Shown in pieces: positions 1 to 11,899 of a stretch of DNA of 64,000 bases. Position numbers and translations under genes: made by a program. The stretch is from Nymphaea colorata (lineage: Eukaryota), in assembly GCF_008831285.2 (NCBI RefSeq), contig NC_045138.2:36642001-36706000 (forward strand), given 5' to 3'. Position 1 is the stretch's first letter. Each line of letters begins with the position of its first letter. Below the pieces are notes generated by a model. The model was given only the letters and a program-made list of their open reading frames with translations. It was not told the DNA's origin and made no database searches.

Positions 1-499
1 GCCTTTACTCAAACTCTACAATAGAAGCAAGTCAACCTCCATGGAGTTAGTGTCTGCCATATTGATGGACAATCATTAATTCAATATTAATTATTTCAAT
101 GCAATAGCAATATGGGTACCTTTGAAATTAGTAAGTCTAGATAATTTAAAGGTAGCCGATCGTATAATGAACAAATCTGCTAATTGTACTTGTAATATTT
201 TCGTTAGTGTCAAAATAAAAAAAATTAAGAAAAATAAGGAAAACTACTGTGATCAACCTACAAAAAATGGCTTCATTGTTTATTGAATTGTTACTATCGA
301 GTCATTGTATGCCGCATTAAACATCTCAGTTTTAGTTTTTCTCCCAAAGAATAAATCTCCATGTTGTAGAAAATCAGACCCTCAATCAAATCTGGCAGTA
401 GGGGGGCCTACTGGCATGGGCCAACCCAATTAAGGAGACTAAAAAGAAGCTTCATTTACTAATCCGGTGGGGCCGACGGTTAGTTTGACATATTCCTGT

Positions 500-1250
500 A
501 GGTGCTGCTATTCTTTTTGGCATGTGGAGATTTGATAGATCCCTTACTTCATGCCTACATCAAATTTTTGCCTTAGAGATGAGGTTGTTAAAGGTCTGGC
601 TTCAATGGTCTGGTGGCTAGCGGCAGTGGTATTTAAAATTTCTATTACTCATTTGGGGCTCAAATTATTGCCTTACAGGTTCTGCTTGCTGGCAGGCAGT
701 GGCATCGTAATATTCAGAAAAACTGAGCCATAGTATTGTAAAACTGAATTGAATCTGCCCATGTGAATCTAGTGACAGTGCCATTAACATTGAGATGGAC
801 GGTATCTATGTTTTGATCAGTTTCAGCACTATTTTTTTTCTTCTTTTTCTTAGCCTCTTCAACTTCCAAAATACTGCAGTCCACTACACTCTTGGAACTG
901 CTCCAAATAAAGGACAAACGGTTAGTTAAACCCATGCCAGGTCAATCTATCACAAAATTGCGGCTCAAACAATCATCTCTATTATCATATGACTTCTCAA
1001 TTTGAGTACTCACATGGCAGTGTTACCATGTTCAGCATCCCCAGCACCATGCTCTAGTACACTTTGATCTTGAGAATTAGAAGCATTGTTAGATGCATTA
1101 TCAACAGGCATGTCAGGCCCAGATCCAGGATCCTCCTTCTTCATCCCTTTCTCATTTTTCTTCTTTGATTTCCTACTATTTTCAAGCCTTTTTAAATGAA
1201 TCTCTTTTCCTGCTTGTGTTCACAGAGCATGGTGACAAAACCCAAATAAG
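500..1250 (-). pseudogene. Degraded coding-like remnant of unknown origin (Lys/Asn/Ser-rich)
   Basis: Short minus-strand open stretches (KRLENSRKSKKKNEKGMKKEDPGSGPDMPVDNASNNASNSQDQ; ORF 714-935) are separated by stops and frameshifts. No family recognised. Confidence 0.3.
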
Positions 1251-1262
1251 TTTGTATACTTC

Positions 1263-1834
1263 ATTGGACGTCATGATGCCATGATAGCGGTGGGAATATA
1301 CTGCAACCTGTAAGTGGTTCTCAAAGCATCCAATCAATCTTGTTAATGAGTATTTTCTGATGCATACTTTGCCTTTCAGTTCTTGAATTCTCATGCTTGG
1401 AACCCCCGTTCTCTTGTATGCATGCAGGGTTCGACACTCTTCAATAATGATCTAGAGAGATAACAAATTAGCAGTTTACATTAGCATCATACTTTCTTGC
1501 TTTGTAGGCCAGCCGAGCAATTCATTTCGAATTTTATTATTCCAAGAATGGTGTGTCAACTGAAGAGAGCATATATGAAATCACATACTATGGAAAGGGA
1601 AGAATGTTGGTGACTACACTAACTGTTTGCTTTTACAGGTTTCTCTCTCTCTAGGGTGTGATATTTAAGTAAGGTTGTTGCTTTTCATTGCAGGGATTTG
1701 GTGAGAAATGCATGCCAAGAGGTCAGCGTACATTCATAGCTAGGCTGCAAAATGGTGAAATCAAACTCCTAGCCATGTTTGTGAAGTTGCAAGGTGACCA
1801 AGGATGGCCGAACATTGAAATTTATAAAGATTGA
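1263..1834 (+). pseudogene. Cytochrome c6A (chloroplast cytochrome c6-like) unprocessed pseudogene, last four exons only
   Basis: Exon remnants: 1263-1309 (IG+8 nt+CHDSGGNILQP, donor GTAAGT), 1428-1459 (GSTLFNNDLE, donor mutated to ATAAC), 1546-1609 (NGVSTEESIYEITYYGKGRML, acceptor CAA instead of CAG), 1694-1834 (GFGEKCMPRGQRTFIARLQNGEIKLLAMFVKLQGDQGWPNIEIYKD*). These match the plant cytochrome c6A pattern CIGCHD.GGNI.QPGATLF..DLERNG...TYFGKGRMPGFGEKCTPRGQCTFG as recalled. The CxxCH motif is broken and the 5' exons are absent. Confidence 0.9.
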
Positions 1835-2209
1835 TCTTTGTAGACAAAGGCATTTCTGTAGAAAGGATGGCTTCAAATATTGAATAATATACTATTTATA
1901 CATCTGCTTGATATTGTCGAAAAACCGGAATCTTAGATGCACCACTTCTGGTTCAACATGGCGAACTGGTTTCAGCTTGCTTGTCAACGTTCTTCATTAA
2001 TGAAAAAACAAGTTGTTTTCGGTCTTATTTTTTGGCTGTTTGAATAGTTGGCACATACAACTTAGTAAGGTCTGCAAGCTGGAGGATATGTGTCCTAGTT
2101 GTTTGAGCATTGTTGATGTAACAGCTGCAGTCGATTGACTTTCTTTCATCCTACTTCATGGTAAAGTTTCTTACTGTTTCAACCACTAACTCATTTTCTC
2201 TCCGTCACG

Positions 2210-2244
<35 letters not shown>

Positions 2245-2289
2245 TCTCTCTTACATGAGAAGTGCAGAATGGTCAGTCAACTCTCATAT

Positions 2290-2719
2290 GTGTGAAATAT
2301 TTCTTGAAAAAAAATGCTAAATGTTTTTAGTCTACGATTCACCATCCTATTGAAGTTGCCCTCAAGAAAGCTGCAACATGTAGTTGTGGTCTGTTCGAAC
2401 ACAGGATAAAATAGATAGTTCTGAACACAACATAAACAAACACTAGACATGACTGACCGAATAGACAGAACTAACCATAGAAGACACAAACATCAGACAT
2501 AATGGACAGATCGAACATGACAAAAACAAATGTCAAACAGGACGGACAGAACAGACACACATGAAACAAACATCGGACAAGAACAACGTAGTGTTCTGTT
2601 CCTAAAATCATCAAACGATGGACAATGAATATCATTGTCCATGAGGACATGACTGTAGTGTAATGGACGGGACGTCCTGTCTATCCTCTCCCAATGGACG
2701 GCAATCAAACGACCTCTTA
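2290..2719. mobile_element. Tourist/PIF-Harbinger-like MITE remnant
   Basis: Ends in CAAACGACCTCTTA, resembling Tourist-type termini, after a repetitive ACA/GACA-rich body. The matching left terminus was not identified. Confidence 0.4.
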
Positions 2720-3477
2720 GTGTGCACTTGTAAGGAGATGAGCTCCTTATATTTGTGGGAATATTTGCAACAAGCGAAAGTTTGGGGAGGCTAAATGCCT
2801 TATTTGTTTTCCTTTTTCTCTAGACCAAATCTAAAGTTTGTCATATATTTGTTATATTACTTCGGGGCGTTTGGGAGAGGTGAGCCTGATCAATGTGGTT
2901 AATCACCACAGAAGCGAAGAGAGCAACAAAGGAACTTGGCTGCGATTCAAATTGCGTCCAAACAAAAACATAAAATCAGAACCCCCAAATCAAAGATTCA
3001 AAATGCCTAAACAGAAACCCCTAAATCAGAATGCCCAAATTGTAACCCCAGACAGACACCCCCATATCCACGACCAAAAATGCCCAATCAGATGCCAATA
3101 ACAAGAAGAAAAAGCGAAAGAAAGAGAAAGAGATCTCGGGGCTCTATATTCATTCCGAAGCTCCAGGGCTTCGAGTAGAGCCAGAGTAGAGGATCGTCGT
3201 GCTCAACTGCTGGATGGGCAGTAACATATTAACTATCTACCGAAGAGAAGGGTGAGCCTAAACAATGTGGAATTGAGAGGGGGGATGAACCAGCTTTCGA
3301 TAGAGTAAGCAGCATTCGAGCCAGCATTTCGCTCCCCTTTCCCTTCCCTTTCTCAAGATATCTACCAGTATTGTGAAGCAAGTCGTAAATCTGGAAAATG
3401 AAAAAGACAGGGAGGAGGAAAAGAGAGATAGCGGGGGGTGCCTGAGGGCAGGAGGCCTTAGTTCTCTTGACCAAAAG

Positions 3478-3691
3478 GGCCATCGGGCTGGGTCAAGCAC
3501 ATGGTCAAGAGCCATCGGGCTGGGTCAGGCACAATATGTGATAACCAGGCCCGACCTGTTAAGATCTCAGGTCGGGTCGGGTGCAATCAATATCAACCCG
3601 ATAACAAATTTCTTCGACCCGAACCCGGACCCAGCCCGTGCCGGCGAGGTACCGGGTACCCGATGGCGACCCGGCCCGGCGCCCAGGTCTA
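3478..3691. mobile_element. Non-autonomous hAT-type MITE (GC-rich CCCGA/TCGGG subterminal family)
   Basis: GCCATCGGGCTGGGTCA occurs twice at the left. The right end GCCCAGGTCTA resembles the terminus of the TSD-flanked copy at 48510-48731. Confidence 0.6.
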
Positions 3692-3845
3692 GCTGACATG
3701 ATGGCTTCTCTTCCTTTCATGGTTGAGGTCACCAAGGCATCTCCTACTTCCCATTCTGTTCCATTTCTTTTATGAGGAAAGGAAACAGAAACTGCCGATC
3801 ATAACGTGGGCCAACACAGAACGGACCGGTAGAGATGATCCATCG

Positions 3846-4271
3846 AAATCAACACGACCATCTCCTTCCTTGGCATTCCTTCTTCCGGTACTTCTCCACT
3901 CATACTGCCTCTTTCGTTTCTGATGTTAAAAGGTTCGTCGTGTATCTTTTTTGTTTCTGTCGTGTATCTTCAGCTTTTGAAATTAAGGTATGGTTATGCT
4001 TGCTTGACAGCTACTTATTGGAGTTAAAAGGTGGCTTGAACCCTTGTCCTTACTGTACTGCACTGCACAAGGGCTGAAGCCACCTTTTAACTCCAAACAC
4101 TGTCAAATCAATAAGTACCTGTCAAGCAAGCATACCTTAATTTCTAAAGCCAGACAAAAAGGATACACGACGAGAGAGACGAACCTTTTTACATCAGAGA
4201 CAAAAGAAGCAGTATGAGTGGAGAACTAGCGGGGAAAGGAATGCCGTGGAAAGGGATCATCGTGTGCATTT
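3846..4271. repeat. Long imperfect inverted repeat (fold-back): arms ~3846-4047 and ~4067-4271, 19-nt loop
   Basis: Nested complementary blocks: TTGGAGTTAAAAGGTGGCTT/AAGCCACCTTTTAACTCCAA; TATGCTTGCTTGACAG/CTGTCAAGCAAGCATA; TTCTCCACTCATACTGC/GCAGTATGAGTGGAGAA; GGCATTCCTT/AAGGAATGCC; CCCTTGT/ACAAGGG. Confidence 0.95.
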
Positions 4272-6283
4272 GATCAAATCAATAAGTAGCTGACGGCATG
4301 AAAATGTAAACCAATTTGGCACCAAACAAATCATTAAGGGAAAAAAACACGTCAAGATCCTTAGAGGGAAAGTTGAAAGAAATGTAAACGCCCAACAGGA
4401 TGGTGGTCTTGCTTGATTCGTTTGCTCCCCCCATTGTTGCCAGCGCTTTCCCGGGCCTAGCCGTGTGCAAGCAATGGTTCTTCTGAAAGGGGTTGGTGCT
4501 CATATACGAACACTTAACTACCTCCTCCTGCGTTATTTGGCAACACATTAGGGCCAAGTGCATCGTTATCCTAGATGATGTTGGTAATGTAAATTAACAA
4601 TTAATGAATGGTACAACCTTTTCCAAATTAATTTTTTACTCATAACGATGATGGTGCAGCCTCGCTTTACTAAGTGCCTTCTTCCTTCATCCATTACACC
4701 AGCTTGAATATAAGAATACTTTTTTTTTTTTTTTTGCGTGTAATGTCTCCCTATCGCCTGCTTGGCTCTTCTGCTTCCATGAATTTGCTTTATTTGCCAA
4801 AAAAAAGCCTCAGTGCATACATTTACTAATCTTTCAAAATGAAAGGAAATTAACAAAAAAAAAAAAAAAAACTACTGTGATCAACCTACAAAAAAATGGC
4901 TTCATTGTTTATTGAACTGTTACTATCGAGTCATTTTATGCCGCATTATACATCTCAGTTTTAGTTTTTCTCCCAAAAAATAAATCTCCGCCCTCAATCA
5001 AATCTGCCAGTAGGGGCCTACTGGCATGGGCAAACCCAACCCAACTCTCTCTGCAACAAATGTCTAAAATCTGCACAACAATGCATACATGCCGTTGCAC
5101 CGTCCCCGATGACCTCCATTAGAGGGAATGGGGTGTAGGCAGGCCTGAACCCACATATACATGCACTCGAGTCGTCCAATCATCCAACCACCGGATACAA
5201 ATACATCGACAGATGTGTAAAGATTTTTCTACTCATCTAGCCATCTGGCCTATTACACACGCAACCTGAGAACAAAGGAATCTAAATTTTTTATAAAAAG
5301 ATATGAATTCTTCTACGCTTTATAATATATATATATATATCCATCACCTTCGAGTTGCTTGTCTAAAAGGCGACTTGTAGAAAGCCGTTTGAATAATTAA
5401 TTTTAATGGATCTGAACTTCTAAGTTTTTTAACCTCGGATCTGTGGTTGGCGCAAGCAAAAAAAAGGTTAATGACACCATGCCGTTACGCCGTGCCTTCA
5501 CATTTTCATGTTCCAAAGGGTGACCATTGATTGGGTGGGACCGGCCTTTCGGATTTTTCCTTTTCATTTGGAACTTGGTCAAAATAAAACGCCAATGCAA
5601 CAAAGGAAAGGGAATAGATGTTTTTGTAGCTGAACATCTGACTAGTTTCTTGCAATATGAACAGACCCTTGATTGCTGACGATGAATGGTGACGGTGGCT
5701 AGTCACTTTGCCAAATTTTAGCAAATCATAGTTAGCTTTCACAAACAGATTTAGAAGCATGTGAACGACAAGCCGGAAATAGATTAACTTTAAAACTACC
5801 AATTCCAAAACGGAAATTTAAAGCACCAAGCGGATAGGGTTTTAGTGAGAACAACAGAGGGCGTAAAAGTTTCAAGTTAATAACTCATCCAACAATGTAT
5901 TAGGTACTATCAACATGCCAACAAGACTACAGATCTGCGACTGCATCCAACAATTAGTATAATAAATAAAATTTTAGAAAAGAAACTGCGTTCTTCAGAT
6001 TTTTAAATTCATGAAAGGTGTTTTTCTTCCATAATAAACTATGTTCTTCCAGAATAAGGGAGCGAATGCTAATTCGAATTGCAACCAAATAAATGAAAAA
6101 AAAAAACATGCTAGAGAAAGAACAACTAAAGCATAAGTCCCAAGAAAAGTGAATCGACGAAGACGATCTTGACGATCTTACAGAAAGAGGAGGAAAATCA
6201 GAAGAAACCTCGTACAGAAGATAGGGTTAGAAAAACAAGCAAAAAGGAAGGGAAATCAGGTGCTCGACCCGAAAATAACTTAC

Positions 6284-6856
6284 ATTATTAACCTCGCACA
6301 CGTCCGCCACAATATTCGAATTATCATCGGCCTGGCTTTTCTGTTTCACAGTCAAGCGGAATGACCTCGCCATTTCCTCGCTTCTGCGAGACAACGTGCA
6401 AGAAACGAGTCAGATCAATTCCCGGCTCGAAAGACAGTGATGATCGGAGGACTGGACAAGTTTGGGGAGAAGAGGATTCCACGGTCACTTTGAACGTAGA
6501 GAAGCCGGAATAATCTCTCTCGCTCCTCTTTCGCTGCTTTTCCTCTTTCCCGCGCTGTAGAAACCAAACGCTACGCCTCAGATTGATTGCTATTGCTGGG
6601 TGGTGAACACCTTTTATTTGAATACGGTGGAAGCCAAACTGCCTTTCTCGCTTTGAATTATCATCGGACAGGTTATGCACGGGGTTTATCTCTTTCACCG
6701 TCAACGGAATGAGCTTGCCGTTTCCTCGCTTCTGCAAAGACAACCTGCAAGAAAAAAATTGGATGACCGTGAGATCAGAGGACTAAGAAAAAATAACCGG
6801 AAGAAAAAATTCGGATGACCGTGAGATTCGAGGCCGCCGGAGAACTGACCATGCAT
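6284..6856 (-). pseudogene. Probable RPA32/RPA2 (replication protein A 32 kDa) 5' fragment with an internally duplicated exon
   Basis: Acceptor TTCTTGCAG then QKRGNGKLIPLTVKEINPVHNLSDDNS (6744-6655). A second diverged copy (~6405-6284) ends DDNSNIVADVCEVNN|GTAAGT. This resembles the recalled plant RPA32 segment LLPLTVKQI...DDKSNF.VNG.EV. An upstream ATG at 6856 reads MHGQFSGG. Confidence 0.6.
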
Positions 6857-7210
6857 GACCGGTTCGAGTTTGAAACAAAGCTAAGTCAAATAAGGATTAA
6901 CAATCGAAACTTGTTTTTTGCCAAAGGAGTTGGCAAAACCTAGGTACAGGTCCGATGCAGGTCCACATATGGGAGGCCCGACATATTTGGCTGGTCTCAC
7001 CATCTATCTAAAAGAAATAATAATAAAACTACCAATTGATTTATCGTCAAAAAATATGAAATATTTGTTTACGTGAATGGAAGATTAACAATCCACCATT
7101 CTAAAAAGGGGCCCGAACTGCCTTTAGGGTCTGGTCTATGCCGGGTCTGGTCTATGCCGAGGCCTGGATAGCCAGTGAGCCGCCTTCAACTCGAGTCACT
7201 CGACCAAGCA

Positions 7211-7865
7211 CCCATGATTCTTTTTGCACACTCATTTCAAGGGACATTACATGAGTCCAGGGACCTTCCCTGTTTTGGTGCGGCAACTGCAAACATGTCA
7301 GCGCATTTCTGGGATTATAGCGAGTGAAGAACATAATTAAGCTTATACACATAACTATACTGCCAACTTGTGTTACCAAAAACTTGTTCAAGACTTATAT
7401 AAAATCGATCGAATTTCGCACTGGTTGATGAAATCAGGTGAGAATCAGACCACTCAATGCAAATGGCCTGATGTTAAACTCAAGGTTCCATTGCTTCAGT
7501 TTTTCCATCACAAGTAGAGGCTTGGACAGCATAAAGCAGACAAATCATTACATCCGTTCATGCTTTGAGAACAAGATTTTTACTAGAAGAGCGAGACTCA
7601 TCAATTTCTTTCAAACTTAAAACGGAACATCTTTTTCAAATGTTCCATTTGGTTGTTGTTGTCGTTTTCTTTCTTTTTGCTTTTCTTTTGCAAAATACAC
7701 TAAGTTATTCCAAAATTATCTGGCTGGAGCTCAGTCGGTTATAAGTTAGAAAGCTCATCCCATCCTTCCCCACCTAGCACTGACCCCTAATCTCTCTACA
7801 AGTTTGGCACAGTGTAATCTGTTTATTGATGTTGTGTTCTATATTTTTTTTCTTAAGCATTTACG
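7211..7865. repeat. Left arm of a ~650 bp inverted duplication (partner 14968-15624)
   Basis: The reverse complement matches 14968-15624 at high identity, e.g. CCCCACCTAGCACTGACCCCTAATCTCTCTACAAGTTTGGCACAGTGTAATCTG. ORFs in the track overlap both copies. Confidence 0.95.
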
Positions 7866-8233
7866 CCCTCACCCGTCAGCTAGGAGGCCTTTTCTTGCAA
7901 AATCTTGCAACACTGCATCCATTAACCCACAAAAGCCATAGCTCCCGTTGATGAAATCTCTCATATCCTCCCCCAGGGTTTGCATCGGCTGGACTTCACA
8001 TTCAATTGCTTGAAATTCATACTGATTGGATTATTCACTAGAAGCACTGATGCACAGATGTGATTGCACATGAATTGCATGATCCTCAGTGTCACTTTTT
8101 TTCTAAGAGGAGGTAGCTGCTGCTGTTTAGTTTTGTAACTTGGCTGAATTTCTGTTCTTGTTTGCTGCAAAATACCCTGGAAAAGCAACACTCTGACATA
8201 TTATAGGGTATTACTAAACGCACAGACCAAAGC

Positions 8234-9328
8234 CTCCAATACAAGTATCCAGACAACCGGGATGACCACAGCGTCTTTCTGGATGATGGAGCCCGGTGTG
8301 AGAGCGACTGATTAGCGATCCTTCAATACAGAGAGAGGACGAGTATCCGTCGCTCCCGTCGTCGGAGATCGGGACGTTCCCGGCGTAGACGAGGGGGAGA
8401 AGATCCCCCACCGGCGTAGAGGCTGACGCCGGGGATCGTCCTACCGTTGCCCAGGAGGACATCGGCCGCGAAGGTTCGAACCATACTGCCAGCACCGACG
8501 GTGGTGATCCAGGGGAAGGCATTAGTGAGGGTCATCTCGCCGGGTCCCTCATTTCCCGCGGAGGCCGAGACGAAGATGCCGCGCTCCACCGCTCAGAAAG
8601 CGCCGATCGCATCGAGATAGTAAGGCACCACGCCACCACCGACGGAGAGCGAGATGACGTCCGCACCGTCTGAGACCGCCTGATGGAAGGCCGAGAGAAT
8701 GCCCGAATCGAAGCACCCGGAGGTCCAGCAGACCTTGAACGCTGTAATCCTCGCCTTAGGCGAGGGGAGTCGCCGCCGGGATGGCGCCGAAGGCGACGAT
8801 TGCAGCGTACAAGGTCTGCTGGACCTCTGGGTGCTTCGATTCGGACATTCTCTCGGCCTTCGATCAGGCGGTCTCAGACGGTGCGGACGTCATCTCGCTC
8901 TCCGTCGGTGGTGGCGTGGTGCCTTACTACCTCGACGCCATCACAATCGGCGCTTTCGAAGCGGCGGACCGCTACATCTTCGTCTCGCCCTCCGCGGGAA
9001 ATGGGGGACCCAGCGAGATGACCGTCACTAATGTTTCCCCCTGGATCACCACCGTCACCACCGTCGGTGCTGGCAGTATGGTTCGAACCTTCGCGGCCGA
9101 TGTCCTCCTGGGCAACGGTAGGACGATCCCCGGCGTCAGCCTCTACGCCGGTGGGGGATCTTCTCCCCCTCGTCTACGCCGGGAACGTCCCGATCTCCGA
9201 CGACGGGAGCGACGGATACTCGTCCTCTCTCTGTATTGAAGGATCGCTAATCAGTCGCTCTCACACCGGGCTCCATCATCCAGAAAGACGCTGTGGTCAT
9301 CCCGGTTGTCTGGATACTTGTATTGGAG
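8234..9328. repeat. Fold-back inverted repeat of a subtilase fragment: arms 8234-8762 and 8785-9328, 22-nt loop
   Basis: The same peptides appear on opposite strands in the ORF track (8214-8522- vs 9031-9441+; 8323-8589- vs 8781-9239+). Nucleotide complementarity was checked across both arms. Confidence 0.98.
8760..9250 (+). pseudogene. Subtilisin-like protease (SBT1.5-like) internal fragment, frameshifted; second copy on the minus strand 8762-8312
   Basis: [61 protein letters not shown]...SAGNGGP...TTVGAG...LGNG; after a frameshift LPLVYAG...[13 protein letters not shown]. The signal peptide, prodomain and catalytic Asp/His/Ser regions are missing. The minus copy has an in-frame TGA. Confidence 0.95.
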
Positions 9329-9489
9329 TGATATTTTTACGTACAAATTTCTTTCCTGACGTTGGCCGCCATCAAGGTGCGATCTTGGGATTCAGTATCC
9401 GAGATAGATGGTCCGATCAAGACATGGCAAAGAAATGTTGATCCACAATATATCGTCTATCTTAAATTCTCCCTCGCTCTCTCTTTACA

Positions 9490-10510
<1,021 letters not shown>

Positions 10511-10825
10511 ATATAGAGATGCGCTCTTAAAGGGCGTTTCGTTGGCATGTAATACTTGTTCCACATAATTTTTTTTTTTTTTTTAAGAAACAATTTACCA
10601 TCGATAAAAAATTCGGCCCATGATTTGCCTAGAATGCATTTCGTCTACACTAAGTCTTGAATACTATTATTTTCAATGTAAAGTTCGGGTTTCATTTTTT
10701 GGGGAAAAAAAGTCGTTATTGTCTATAAGATGACGACACTCTCTAGCCATGGTAATACAGTCAGTCCACTAGTTAAGAGACAAATTATATTCCACCATAA
10801 TAGGTCTTGAAAACAAGGATGTAAA

Positions 10826-11285
10826 TGGGCCGATGGATGTGACTATCAAGCTAAGGGCCGATGGATGTGACTATCAAGCTAAGGGCTGTTCAACGAATTG
10901 AGCTAACTTGAGCTAAACTCGAACTCACTTGTAAATTTGACTAGAACTAGATACCTAAACAAGTCGAGCTCGAGTTAAGTGGGTTCGGCTTGTTAAAGTT
11001 GGCTAAGCTTGTGAAAGAAATTATATAAAATAAGTTTCATAAAATTATCTAAAAAAGTAGATTGCTCAAATAGCAATGCAAGTGATTAGATTGCTAAAAT
11101 TATCTAAAATACTTTTTGAATTAAATGTTTGGCTCGGCGAACCTCGAGCTCGAATAGAGCTGATTTTGAGTTTTAAAAACATGAACCGAGTCGAGCTCGA
11201 GCTAATGAAATCATACTCGAGTCAAGATCGAGTTTCATTCAAGACACTTGAGCCGATTTCAAACTGACTACACCGAGCTCGAATT
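10826..11285. mobile_element. GAGCTCGA-rich non-autonomous DNA element remnant preceded by an exact 28-bp tandem duplication
   Basis: GGGCCGATGGATGTGACTATCAAGCTAA occurs twice (10826-10881). Multiple TCGAGCTCGAG-like motifs then flank an AT-rich core. Confidence 0.55.
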
Positions 11286-11899
11286 CCCTCATAAACAGTA
11301 ATATATTAAGTTGATACTGGACCATTTAGTTGGGTTAGGTTGATGTTGTCAAGAGAGCGGCATCAGGTGGGAGAGTTCAGGGGACAGAACGAGAGAGTAA
11401 GTGGACCCTTGAGGCCCTGCTCATCTGATGCAATGCCCAAGAAGGAATCTCACATCATACATTTCTATTTATGAGTGAACCCAACTATCTCTGCCCCTAC
11501 CACTTGCAAGTTGCGCCAGTTCCCCCTTCCAACGATCATTCCCATGCTTGGCATCGCTCACTCTGTACTAAGCATGTGTCGGGACTTCAAAACGTAGAGG
11601 TGCTCTCAATCTCTCCGGCTGGACTGATACCTTTAAGGACAGATCAAGTTAAAAGAGACCCAGAAGCAATATATTAACTTCACTTCACGCAGCAGGAGAT
11701 TCCTATGGTAGGTTTTAGCATTATTAGGGCCTCCCTTCAATTGCCCAATTCCAATTTAGGACGAACCTGCCACAGCTGAAGATAAGAAAGTAGGTGCTAG
11801 TGGTAAATGGATTATATGGAAACTCAAAACATGGAATGTATCAGGGCGGCAATCATAGCTCAGTTCAGCATCATAACAGGACACCAAAACATATTGATA

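Noticed and set aside
4165..4185. miR535-like sequence ACGACGAGAGAGA in the hairpin
   Set aside because: Only 13 low-complexity nt match, and it sits in a bulged part of the stem.
4238..4254. miR396-like TTCCACGGC on the minus strand
   Set aside because: The match is limited to 9 nt and the remainder is unrelated.
8194..8218. miR2275-like trigger site just outside the subtilase hairpin (TGACATATTATAGGGTATTACTAAA)
   Set aside because: It needs a 3-nt bulge plus several mismatches, and half of it belongs to the duplicated intron-like segment. It would need degradome support.
8781..9239. Functional subtilase CDS
   Set aside because: Internal fragment lacking catalytic residues and targeting signal, with a frameshift.
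11758..11858. NAC-domain-like exon (DEPATAEDKKVGASGKWIIWKLKT)
   Set aside because: Resemblance too weak; no other NAC subdomains nearby.
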